64,000 nucleotides of DNA. It comes from Octopus sinensis. Lineage: Eukaryota. A program made the translations under genes and the position numbers. Below are positions 39,731 through 51,920 of this stretch, piece by piece. The notes under the pieces are model-generated. The model saw nothing but the letters and a program-made list of their open reading frames with translations. It was not told where the DNA came from and made no database searches. Position 1 is the first letter of the stretch. Each line of letters opens with the position of its first letter. The DNA lies in assembly GCF_006345805.1 (NCBI RefSeq), contig NC_042997.1, positions 128,526,001-128,590,000 on the forward strand, in the 5' to 3' direction.

Positions 39731-40627
39731 GTCAGTTTATATTCAAGTTAAACACATCAGCTTTTTCATGTTTATGTAAAAGGTTAGGTGACTGTAAAAT
39801 ATGCAAGTATAGCCATCCAAGATATTCTGTCATCATCAAATAGAAGTCCTGTTATTTAAAACTTTTCTAATGCAAGTACAAGGTTAGCTGACACAGTTGA
39901 CATCTCTTACTTGTAATGTCTTCTTCCTGGCATTAAAATAAAATCTCTTCACTCATATGGTCTATCTACGGTTAAAGAAAAATAAAATTATTATGAGATA
40001 CTTTCTCATTATTTATGTACGGATTTCACCACTGATATTTTAGGTAGGCTGTGATAAGTGTGTACTTTCACTGAAGAGTTCAAACAAGAAGAAAGGAAAA
40101 ATAAACGACTGCAGCTGCATCCCATATTCCTAGAGGAAAACACTGTATTGATAATCAATTAATATTATTTATAGTTTATTGCATATCACATTTTAAATTA
40201 GCTTTTTAGTATTTTTGTTTATACTTTTGCCCTCTTTTCACTTGAAGGGAGACAGTAGTGGTTATAATAATGATAATGGTTTCAGATTTTGATACAAGTT
40301 TTAACAAGAGGGGTTTAGTTGATTACATAGACCCCAGTACTGAACTGCTACTTATTTTATTGACCCCGAAAGGATGAAAGGCAGCAGAATTTTAACTCAG
40401 AAAGTAAAGAGTCAGAATAAATATCACAAAGCATGTTTACCAAAAACTCTAACAATTCTGTCAGTTTTATTTACTACAAGGGCTCAAAGAGATACAGAAA
40501 AAATTACAAAAGTTTCATAAAGGGTCACAAAGAAAGAAGTGATAATGTGCTGTGTGAAAACACATATTTGCCAATTATAAAGAGAGATGTAAGAGGCTTT
40601 TACAATATATGGAAAGACAAAGGCAGC

Positions 40628-40980
40628 GAGCTGGCAGAAACGTTAGCACACTGGGTGATATGCTTAGTGGTATTTCGTCTGTCTTTATGTTCTGAGTTCA
40701 AATTCTGCCGAGGTCAACTTTGCCTTTCATCCTTTCAGGGTCAATAAATTAAATACCTATTTCTTTACTACCCACAAGGGGCTAAAGAGATAGAGGACAA
40801 ACAGATTAAGTCAATTACATCGACCCCAATGCGTAACTGGTACTTAATTTATCGACCCCGAAAGGGTGAAAGGCAAAGTCGACCTCGGCGGAATTAAATA
40901 CCAGTTGTGTACTGGGGTTGATGTAATTAACTGGCCCCTCCCAAAAAATTTTGGGCCTTGTGTCTAGAGTAGAAAAGAAT
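40628..40980 (+). mobile_element. SINE S4 interrupted by an antisense 5'-truncated S4 copy (40758-40891)
   Basis: The host resumes after the insert. The 11-bp duplication aattaaatacc occurs at 40747-57 and 40892-902. Confidence 0.85.
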
Positions 40981-41579
40981 ATATGGAAGGACATTGTAAG
41001 AATTTTAAAGGTACACACATGCACATACTGATATACTCACATATGTATACATGCTTATGCACTAATGTAAATAAGAAAAAGTATGATAATATACATAATA
41101 ATTTAAACACGATATAATATAAAGAAATAAAGCATGAAAGATTTTCTGGCTAGGATGGGTTGGGTACTCCACAGTCTCGTTCACTTAATTATTTCTCAAA
41201 TTATGTTCAAATACAACCAAATTCACCATTACAAATTTTTTTGAGACCTTTATAGTGTTGGAAAACACCAACATCTGAAGCTATTCTCTTTTTAATACCA
41301 ATATATCTTTTATTTATACTCTGAACATAATTGTTTTTCTGTCATTCTAACACCTTAGGAGAGTCTACAGCACTACATAAGCATGATGTTGTCAATTAAG
41401 CTGTTTGATTCTCAAAGAACAGTGAATCTTAGATAATTTTTATCCTCTTCTTTTCCTACTTTATTTTCCTAGAGAAGGATTTGTTCCTCATCATCTTTTC
41501 TTCAAAAATCAAAGTTAATAGACAAGTGCTACAGAGTCTCCCAAGAAATTAGAATTGCACAAAAAAACAATTTAGAAAC

Positions 41580-42040
41580 TGGAGTCAGCCCTAGCCAATT
41601 GGACTGCTGATAAGCTCACCATTGCCCAGAATATAGATGTCACTATGGAGCAGTAGTAGATGGATTCAGTCTGCATCCTTTATCCTAGTCTTAGTGTGGT
41701 CCAATTCTCCTGACACACCAATCTAAATGACATAATCAGAAGGGTCTTTGATGCAGTTGGCTTCCCATCTCAACTTGAGCCAGAAGGTCCCAACTGCAGG
41801 GACAGTAAGTACCATGATGGGATAACCTTCTTCCCATTTGAAAGAGGAAGATCACTAGTCTGGGATACAATGTACAGTGACATGTTCTCTGACTCCGAGA
41901 AAAAAATCGATACAGGAGCTTGGCTGGCTACTATCAGTTTATGCTGGTTGCTGTTGAGACGTCAGATGTTCTAGGACCCCATTCTACTGGTTTCCTCCAC
42001 AAAATAGGGATAACAGTAGTGTGTCAGAGGAACAAGCCTC
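41580..42040 (+). mobile_element. CRE-clade-like (RLE) non-LTR retrotransposon 3' remnant
   Basis: LNDIIRRVFDAVGFPSQLEPEG..RDSK..DGITFFPFERGRSLVWD...YQFMLVAVET..LGPHSTGFLHKIG follows the CRE RLE pattern (R-PDG...WD...AVET.G). Confidence 0.7.
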
Positions 42041-42161
42041 ATGAGTGGAGTGGTTGCTGCAGCAAGTGCCGTTGGCCATATTCTGAGGCAACATCATCAG
42101 TCATTACTGCAGGGTGTGGCTGAGCACCCCACTTTTTCTGGGATATCTGGACCATCACAGC

Positions 42162-42384
42162 GAGCTGGCAGAAACGTTAGCACACCGGGTGAAATGCTTA
42201 GCGGTATTGCATCTGTCGTTGCATTCTAAGTTCAAATTCCGCCGAGGTCGACTTTGCCTTTCATCCTTTCGGGGTCAATAAATTAAGTACCAGTTACGCA
42301 CTGGGGTCGATGTAATCGACTTAATCCGTTTGTCTGTCCTTGTTTGTCCCCTCTATGTTTAGCCCCTTGTGGGCAATAAAGAAA
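42162..42384 (+). mobile_element. SINE family S4, near-consensus full copy
   Basis: gagctggcagaaacgttagcac...gttcaaattccgccgaggtcgac...gcaataaagaaa. Many diverged copies in this window. Confidence 0.9.
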
Positions 42385-42928
42385 CAGATATCTGAACCAT
42401 CACCCTCTTCCCCTCCATCTTCTGCTGCTTTACACTCCCCACCTTTTTCTTTTTTTACTTTTCTTTCTTTTCCTTTCTCATCTCTCTTTCTTGTTTCTTT
42501 GTATTTAAATATTATAATAAAATATAAATTTTGTATGCTGAAGCATGTAATAAAATAAGTACTAAATTTAGAAAATATACAAAAGATACAAGCCCTTCAG
42601 AATATATTGAGAGGAATGATCTAAATTGTCAAAGGTAAAAGTTTCAGCACTCTCTACTGAATCTTTAAAACTGAACGAATATCCAAAATACATGCTGAAG
42701 TTCTCAGACATATCTCTGACCATACATTTGTGTCCCTGTACATAGGTCACAGAAACACAAAAATCACAATAAGAGACACTGAACTCATGGCTGGTTGTAA
42801 CTTTTGTATGGGAGAGTGATCAAAACTGATTTAATGAAAGGTGACCTGTCATCAACAAGTGTTAAAATGAACTTGCAAAATCTAATGATCCTCAGTGGCC
42901 ACAAACCATACCAGAACTGTGCCCAGTA

Positions 42929-43379
42929 CTAGGGTGAACTGAAAAGTTCATAGGCTGACAATGAAAGAATGACGCTAGAATTGTGTAATCTTGCATGCAT
43001 TAATTTCAGCTCTTCTTGTTAATAATTACATGGATTCTTACCAGGTAAACTGACATTTGACAGTTCAAAGAAGACTTCAAATGTAATTAGTTTTGACTTC
43101 TCTTTAAAATAGACAAAATTTGGCATCATGGTGTTATCAAGTACCTGCAGAAAAACAGTTTAATCCCCAACAACATTCATGCTGACATCGTTGATACATT
43201 AGGAAATCCCTTGGCTAGGAACCAGTATTGTAAGGATGATGAAAGCTTCTTCACCAATGGGACCCAAGCACTGCAACACTGATGGAAACAGTGTGTGGAC
43301 TGCAAAGGAGACTATGTTGAAAAATAAGCCTCATTTGGTCACAATCTATGAGAATATGAACTTTTCAGCCAGCCCTCAT
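42929..43379 (+). mobile_element. Internally deleted mariner (irritans-like termini)
   Basis: TIRs ctagggtgaactgaaaagttcat / atgaacttttcagccagccctca. Retains the transposase N-terminus (DKIWHHGVIKYLQK) joined to the C-terminus (FFTNGTQALQH*WKQCVDCKGDYVEK). Confidence 0.8.
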
Positions 43380-45058
43380 TACAAAGGGTAGAAAGCCTCG
43401 TTGTTACATTTGTCAGAGTAAAACATGCCTGGGAGAAATGTGAAGACTAAATAAAAATAAAGAAAAGGAAATCATAAAATACAGTCTGAGCAACAACAGT
43501 CTTATCCTGTCTCTTGCTTTTTATACTGTCTCCAGAAATTTCTAGAAGTTATCCGTAGACCTTGGTTCAAAATTTCTCTGGATTAAACAACTTATCTAAT
43601 CTTTCTTGATGCACAGAATTTGTTTGATAAGAGACCTTTAGTTGAACAGACTTATAATCAAAGACATTCTTTCTGTGACCATCTAGTTTATATTCCATGG
43701 CTACTGAATTTATCAAATTCTTCTAATAACTGTCCAATGGACTAAAGTTTTATTTATAGCAGGGTACCTTACCCAAATATATCTTTCATATTTTAATGAT
43801 GGTAGAGTGCAATTTGAGAGAGAGAGAAGTGAGAGATCCAGCTGTTATTTCTAGTAGACTGTGTAACCAGATAGAAGTTATGTCACTGGTTAACGTGCTG
43901 ATGATCTTCATAAGTGACAGTAATGAGTAAGTTGTTAGATAACCATCCTAACTAAAACTGATATCAATAAAAAGAAGCAGTTGATATCACTAAATACATG
44001 CATACAAACAAAATACATGCATACATACATGCATACACACATTCGCGTGCACACACACACACACACATACACATTCAATCCTCACTATATTGTTTCCTAG
44101 TTTGCTGGCGTTGCTATGCCAATCACTTCTAATTAAACATTGCTGCTAATTAGTTATTATTTCACATGCTAATTCCATCAGACTTGTCTACGTGAAACTT
44201 CAGTTTATTTCCACTGGTTGTTGGAAGGGGGCTTGTGTAGAGTCTGAGAGAGAAAATGGCTAATTTTCTTCTCATCTTCTTTGATTCCATCTCTCATCTT
44301 TGACCTGATTTGTGTTCTCTTGTATTTCCACATAAACAACCTTTGATCTTAATTACATTAGCATTCTTTGGCTGGGATTTATAGATAGTTATTAGTACTT
44401 GACTCTAACAACACACACACAAACATACACTATATATGTGCACCGCCACACAATATAAGCTGCACACATACAAACATATGCAAACACATACACACAAACA
44501 TACATGCACACACAAACACACACAAGCATAGATCCTATTTTCAACTATAATTATAAAGGATATAGAATTCCAAAAAGTAATAATTTAATTCTTATCTAAT
44601 TATCTTTCTTTTACTCATAATCTCCGTTTATTTATATAGAATTGTGTGTATGTGTTGTGAACACCAAAATTAATCTTTCAAGCCATTGAAGGAGCTCCTA
44701 CAGGGTCACTTGATAGAAATGAAGTGAAGCCTCTCTGAAAATATACCCTACTGCAATAAAAAAAGGAACATATTAGAAAATGTAATCCTAAATTCCCTAT
44801 CTTTGAATAAAAAAAATAGAATTGGAATGCTGAAGCTGGAATGTTTTTGATCATAGGTGTGCTCAGTCATTGTTGACCTTGGGTTAAACAACAACTTACT
44901 GTCTCGTGTGTTATTTATATAGAATTATATCAATAAATATTATGAAGACCAATATTATAATTATATTCAGTTATGGCTTTGATTTATGGCTTAGTACTTG
45001 ACTCTTGCATCACACACACACACGAATATATTCACATAAATACACACATACTTACACA

Positions 45059-45128
<70 letters not shown>

Positions 45129-45827
45129 TATATATAAACAATTGTGTGTATATATATATACAAATATATATATAAACAATTGTGTGTGTATATATATACA
45201 CACACATATGTATATATATATATATACACACACACATACGTATATATATATAAACAATTGTGTGTGTATATATATATATATATACACAGTGTGTGTGTGT
45301 AAGCACATCATAGTTGTTGAATAAAGTCATTTTTCTTTTTTTAATATGTATATGACAGAAAATTGTCAATGGATTTCCAATAGACAATGGTGGATGGTTC
45401 CATCCCCTACACCAGATTTCTCCATCACCAAGCCACCATCACTACCACTACCATCCCAATAACTACCGCCACTTCACCACCATTATGAATTAGTGAATAA
45501 AGCACAAATACACTGAATATCTAAGAATGTAAAGAATGCTCAGAATAGGAAGAAAATTTGTTTATTTTCAAATTATTTGTCAGTTATAAAATGTAGAAGT
45601 CTGGTAATCCATGAAAATCTATTGCTAAGCTCTGTCATGTGCTCGCAATAATAATCAAAATAAACCTCACAAGGTTAAGATCTATTTGACAGTATAATTT
45701 TACTGAATATATATCCTTCATCTGCTACTGGCAGCCCCGATGAATCATAGCATTACTGAAAAGATGGGAAACGGTTGTCAGTTGCTGGGGTGTGGTCATG
45801 TAGAAAGAGGACTTCTTTCATATATGC

Positions 45828-45861
<34 letters not shown>

Positions 45862-45967
45862 GTGTGTATGTATGTATTTTTTGCCTTTTATATGTACAAG
45901 TAATTTAGAGAGGGGTTGTCAGATTGATGCAGAGGAGGAGCAAATATTTTGCATTTTCACTATTCAG

Positions 45968-46139
45968 TGATTCCTGCTTCAAGAGCCTTCTCCATTTGTT
46001 GAATTATTTCTTGATTGGAGATGAGCAAGAATATTTGTTAAAAAATAAAGGAAGTTATTTGCTGAAATGTCAGATGTATATGAGGAAATTCGCTAACCAC
46101 TTGAAACATTTGGATGAAGAAACAACTAATGAAGCATCA
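45968..46139 (+). CDS. Candidate exon (DSCFKSLL...EETTNEAS), unverified; overlaps TE remnant
   Basis: ttttcactattcag acceptor, TCA|gtgaga donor, 172 nt, phase 2 to 0, open frame. Confidence 0.25.
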
Positions 46140-46330
46140 GTGAGAGAGATTAATTAATGGAAAATTGTCTGACATATTCTGCAGAACGAACTGACGATTA
46201 CATTTTCCAAGCCCCAACTTTGCCCCATTGGCTGACATTTATAGATGAACTTAGGGAATGTCCTTTGATCTTGGTTTCAAGTCCCTGTGACTATATCTTC
46301 TCTGAGAGTTTTTGATCCCATTGTTTACAG

Positions 46331-46373
46331 GGTCCATATTTTGATGAGGATTTTATGTTTTCAAATATATCAG
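46331..46373 (+). CDS. Candidate exon (GPYFDEDFMFSNIS), unverified; overlaps TE remnant
   Basis: cattgtttacag acceptor, CAG|gtgagt donor, 43 nt, phase 0 to 1. Confidence 0.25.
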
Positions 46374-46590
46374 GTGAGTAACTGAGATGTATATTTATAA
46401 AATAAGAGTACAACTGGTCATCAATGATTAGTGATGGGTTCAATGTCAGTTCAGTTTTCTAGGATAAATTCTTCAGTCATGTTTTTAGTCCATGTTATGG
46501 TTATATGGTATACTACTAATAAAACTGATTAAGAAAATATTCCTCATCATAATTTCACTTTCTGATTCATGAGATATTATTTTATATGAT

Positions 46591-46983
46591 ACTAACAGTA
46601 TCACCCAGTGTTGCTCGGGTTTGTTTCGACCCTTTAGCATTGGAATTTTTCAAAAATAAAAATTTTGCATTATGCAACTTGTTATTCTCTTTAAGTGAAC
46701 TTTTTTTGGTTGAAATACACCGAAAAATGGTGACACAGCAGTCAAAAAATTGTAAAAAATAGGGATTTTCATAGAAAAAAGCACCTTTTTTATGTAAGTA
46801 ACTTTTGGTGTTAACATGGTCCGATTTGAATTTTTCTTCTTTGGAAGAAAGAGCAGGCCTTCTTCTATCATACTCTCAATTTTGGGCAACTCACGCCACA
46901 GGGTCTCGGAGGAGATAGTGTTAGTTGAAGGCTACCAAAACTGCCATACACAGACAACTTCAGCTTTATATATAGAGAGAGAT
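46591..46983 (+). mobile_element. Non-autonomous Helitron-like element
   Basis: Starts actaacagtatcacccagtgttgctcggg (short 5' hairpin-like) and ends cacagacaacttcagctttatatatagagagagat, an architecture like Lep1/DINE-type non-autonomous rolling-circle elements. Confidence 0.6.
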
Positions 46984-48639
46984 GTAAATTTCTTGATGAT
47001 GCAACAGTAACAGAATGGCATTGTGAAGGATGTACATTCCATTTTTACCCATGTAATTCAGCATTCTATGACTTCTGCTCTGAAACGTTACCAGAGCCAA
47101 ATTTATATGGATACTTCATCATACCATTCTGATCCTAGTATAATAAAATTAGTACCAGTGATATGCTGAGGGTTAATGAATTATTCACAAACATCTTCAA
47201 AACTAGCCTAGTGGTACCACCAACTTCACTCAAGCTTACCTACCTCACTCATCTCTCAACACCTATATTGTGTGTTCATCCCTACCATACACCTCATTAA
47301 TCACCATATTCAGTCCTTCCTCCCTAGAAGGACTGAATATTGTTGTTGTAGTCCCCATCTTCACTGCTACCAGCATCAACACTGCTGCTATATCACCCCA
47401 CCATCCCTATGTTCTTCCTTTCATTTGTCATCTTGCACTTGTTGAAGAGAAACATTAACCATATTGATCCTACCAGTCTTTGAAGGCTAACCAATGAAAG
47501 TAACCAAGAAATTGACAATACTTTATTTGTTCTAGTTGTTTAACCCCAGGTCAGCCCTGAGAAAGCAGACCTATGGTCAAAGGTATTCCAGTCTTAACTA
47601 TCCTATTTTTTTAGGCAAATTGCACTTGTGGCCATGTTATTAACTGTGTTGTTTTTATTTTAACTAAGATATGTGATTTGGAGTATTTTTAACTACTATG
47701 GTTAGTGGGTCAAGTGACTCCCTAGAGGACCCCACTCTTTGGCTCATTTCAGTAATTTTTTCATGTGCATTATCATTAACATCATCATAACTATCATCAC
47801 CAACATCATCATCATTACTGATGTCCTCATTACTAACATCACTTCCATCATCACCACCTACAACTTCTTGCAACTTTCTCCCAACCCTGTTTCCCCTACG
47901 GACATCATTGTGTAGAAATTTCAAACTAAAGCATTAGTAATATTATAGACTGCCAAAGAACTATTGGCACTGACTTTCTACTACCTCACCCTCAAACAAA
48001 AGTGGAAAGTAAAAAAAAAAAAATTTTTTAAATTATCATAAAAACGTCACAAAACTGATTTTATCACACTTGAGAGAGATAAAAAGATATTCATTAATTG
48101 ATTGATAAGTTTACTGTTTATAATGACATTTTATGATATATTATTTTATCTGACTGTCCATAGTAATCTTATTCTAAATTTCTTTTATTAGCAACTCCTG
48201 CTGTTATATAGAGTCTAGCAGAAATAGTGTAGAAAATTTACTTAGAACACAGCTGACAAAAGTTTTCCTGTTTTTATCAATTATAAACTGCTTTATTGTT
48301 CAGGAATTGTATGTTGTTAGTATAAGAATGGTTATTATTGTCTTGTCTCTCACTTCATAACTACATGTCTTCAATATTCTTTTAAACCACTTAGCAAAGA
48401 TAAATTCACGTAAAGTTGAGTGCTGTTAATAAATATATATTCAATAAACACTTATCTACCACAAGGTGTAGAAATATTTTTCCAGATTTAATATTCTTGA
48501 AATTTTTTCATCTTAACATATTGATGGAAACATTTTTCACTCTTTAACTTATTATTTCTTTACATTTTTACAAAATATGATTTAGTCTGTTCTTCTTTAT
48601 ATACTGTACATGCCACTTACTATATCAGGTGTGCTGTAT

Positions 48640-49920
48640 TTACATATATACCAGAGTGGAAGGTTGATAGCATCATCTCCTTATTCAAGATGATGATAGA
48701 AAAGAATGTGGGAAGTGACAAGGGATTTCTCTGCTTGCTATTGTTGGAAAGGTCCTTGCAAAAATGTTTCTTGATAGGCTGAGTGAGAAAATCCCAGTTG
48801 TTCTGCATGAAAGCGAATGTTAGTTCAGAAGGGAAAGTTTCCACCAAGAGAAATGTTGAACAGAACAAGGCACAGTATCTGGTCTCCATTGACTTCACAA
48901 AGGCATTCAACATAGTAAATCAGTAAAGTCAGTGGCTGATATTCAGAAGGTTTTGATGTTCAAGAATGTTCACTGCATGACCGAGTTCCTAAACATTGAC
49001 ATGTTTGAAGGGCTCATGTTACACATTTGAACTTAGCTGTGCACATCTAAATGTTACAATGTGAGTTACAAAGACATTTAACTATAGACAAGACCTGGTG
49101 CTAATCTATTTAAGGTGTCACACCCCAAAACTAAGATTAAAACTACACATATCTGAGAGAAATGTTGTTTACTGATGATTATGTTCTTGTTTCTAATAGT
49201 ACAGTAAACATGCAAAGCCTGGTACATGATTTTGGCAGTCCAGTAACAAGGTTCAGCATGAGTATTAGCAACCAGAAGATAAAAGTTCTCTATCTGTTAT
49301 GCCTTGACTAAAATCAGGTGACATAACCTGAGCCCATCATCAATGGTTAGTAACTAGCAAAGGCAAGTTATTTTACCTACCTGAGCAACATAAAAGTGTA
49401 ATGATGTTAGGATTAGTAAAGAACTAGACCACAAAATAAACAGTGCTAACTCAGCATTTAGAAGGTTGAGACAGTAACTGTAATGCAAGAAGCATGCTAC
49501 CACCCAAGTGAATATTGTTCACATCATAGACAGAGAAATTATACTGCAACAGATAAAAAGAAAATTGCATGCATTTATGATGACACCTGAGACATCACCT
49601 GGAAACACAGGGTTGGGTACGTTATTATCTGAGAAAAATTTCATTTTCTTAGCATGAAAGTAATATTGATGAAGTACAATCTTCATTGGCTTGGGTATGT
49701 CCTAAGAATAGACAAATCTTAGTTACCAAAACTAATGCTGCATTCAAAACTGGCTAACAGTATAAGAAATCATGGTTGACTCTGACTGAAATACAATGAT
49801 GTTGTTAAAACACAACTTAAAGTGACTAAACATCAACATCCACAGTTGGAGCACATTAAACCAGACCAAAACTTATGGAGGAGAATGATCCATGTTTTGA
49901 TACTTGACATGAGACTGATG
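48640..49920 (+). mobile_element. RTE-BovB-like LINE RT remnant
   Basis: GISLLAIVGKVLAKMFLDRL, IDFTKAFNIV, MLFTDD, and LHWLGYVLRID..LPKLML motifs in order, with many stops and frameshifts. Confidence 0.85.
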
Positions 49921-50959
49921 CATATGGACAGTCATTAATATTAGCAGACAGTTATGATTTTTACAAAACAATTTTGTTTTAATGGTTTAGTCATTGTTCT
50001 TCATTCAGATGCTGTATATGTCATTTGCTCGAGTTAGAACTGAATTCACAAACGTTTTATTTCATAGTTTTAATCACTAAACCATGAATGAATGGTTACA
50101 AACATTTGTCAATATCTAATTAATATTAGTTGCAGCTTATACAAATAACTCATCCTTATATCTTAAGTTTTCTCCATCAGATTGCTTTCCCCAGGTTAAA
50201 AAAAAAAAAAAAACATTAAAAAAAGAGTTCCTTGATTATATTTTCATGACACTTTATACTTTCTATAAAACCTAGGAATAATGTTAATTTAGTTAGATTT
50301 TCCTCATGTAATATTTAAAACTCTATTCTAATTAAGAGAGTCATAAATATCACATCATGATGAATACAAAATTAATTTAGAAAAAATGAAAAGAAATTAT
50401 TTTTATTTGCCTAAACTAAAGAGGAATATTTCCAAAAATGTTATAAAATATCTCGCACTTTTATTCTGTTTATTTTAGTTCTAGGTTGCCTCAAGGGAGA
50501 ACCACTTTGATTTTTTAAGTTGTATTATCTTAATTTGAATTCACTGTAGCATTCACAGCTAGTGAGGAATGCTATCATTGAAATGGCACTGGAAAAGGCA
50601 AAGAAGCATAATGAAAAATATATCAAAATGACAACAGTTTCGAACAGATTTGCACTGTCTATAAAATTACCATCCACATAAAAAGATATTTTATTAACAC
50701 TAAATTAAACTCAAAATTTCTCTCAAATTTGCGAGTTTGTGTTTTTTTCTCTGAATCATCTTTCCTTATATTTTTTCTTCAGAATGCAGTTACAGTTTAA
50801 CAATACTTAAACATCAATGTCCTTGTTATACCTAACACAAACCAGTGAATAGTCAGCTATGTAATGCAAATGTTGGGACAGTTGCATTACTTAGCTGACT
50901 ATTCTCTACCTTCATGGTCACTTAATTATTAGCCAAACTAAGGGTTCCTTTAAGGAATC

Positions 50960-51920
50960 AGCCAACCTACTTGAAATTGCAGTCAAATCTCCCTCGAAGT
51001 ATATTTATTCTATGACACACTTTATAATGTAGTCCTTGATACACATAGTCTGAATAAGAGATGGAATGGCTATGGCTGGAATGCCTGTGACCATAGTTCT
51101 AGTTGATTTAATTCAAGGTTGCTCCAGAGTAAACAACAACAGTAAATCATAGTGCAAACTAACAAGGGAACCTTTACGTGGTCATTCAAACTGCTAAATA
51201 TAACAGTCAAATATCCTTCAAATCACACTCTACCTCTCCAGAAAAGGTAAAGGGACAACTCGATCAAGATACACTATGTGAATAAAAACAGGATTGTCAT
51301 GAGTGGAACATCTTTGGTCATTGTAGACTGGATCTAATCAAGACTTAATCAATAACAATAGTAATATCTACATTGTTATTTGACCAAGTCTTTGAACAAT
51401 CTCCTGGCAGTTTTATAAAATGAAGAGCAATTCCTAGGACAGTTAAGCTCCACAATGAAGATAAGATTAGCAAAGACTAGAACTCTCTGTAATACAACTG
51501 AAGTCAACAAATGAGACTATATGTCTCCTATTTACTTGAAATACCAGCCAAATTACTTTTAAATAATCCTCTATCTTCATAAAAAAAGACACACAGAATA
51601 CACTGATACACTGCATTTGGAAAAAAAGATGGTATTATAGCCAGAATTTCCTTGGTCATAGATTTAGAAGACCAAGATTGACTTGGAGCTAAACAACTTC
51701 TATCTGTAATTCAACTCAAGGCAACAAGAGAGCCTTTACATAGTTATCCAGTTTGTTAGAAATGGCTAAATCTCCCTCAAATCATACCTTTTTAAAAAAG
51801 AAGGAAACATTGAAGAATGTAGTCTTAAAAACACCATATTAAAAAAACAGAATGGTCATGGCTGGAATGCCTTCAACCATAGATCTACCAGGTTAGGGCT
51901 GACTTGAAGATAAACATCTC
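50960..51920 (-). repeat. Four same-orientation degenerate copies of repeat S6
   Basis: Each unit has aaatctccctcaaat-like and ggtcatggctggaatgcc-like cores at about 50980, 51200, 51550 and 51770. Confidence 0.65.

Larger units (their letters stand above)
45930..46440 (+). mobile_element. Decayed Tc1/mariner-superfamily transposase remnant
   Basis: Ordered motifs across frames: D...FC, LIGDE, NVR, EETT, LMENCL, DYIFQ...PHW, SPCDY. Compare FSDE..HNVRIWG..E.TV..ML.N.L..DFIFQQDGAPPHW..TPCDF. Confidence 0.55.

Noticed and set aside
30125-46139. Resemblance of AYLAVAAYSD...Y..K...LDE to the ATM/PIKK FAT domain
   Set aside because: Only scattered identities; as I recall them, the intron positions do not match ATM; and the second segment is better explained as a transposase remnant.
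47664-47924. Acidic 86-aa minus-strand ORF
   Set aside because: The acidity comes from (GAT/CAT)n-like low-complexity sequence; no recognisable domain.
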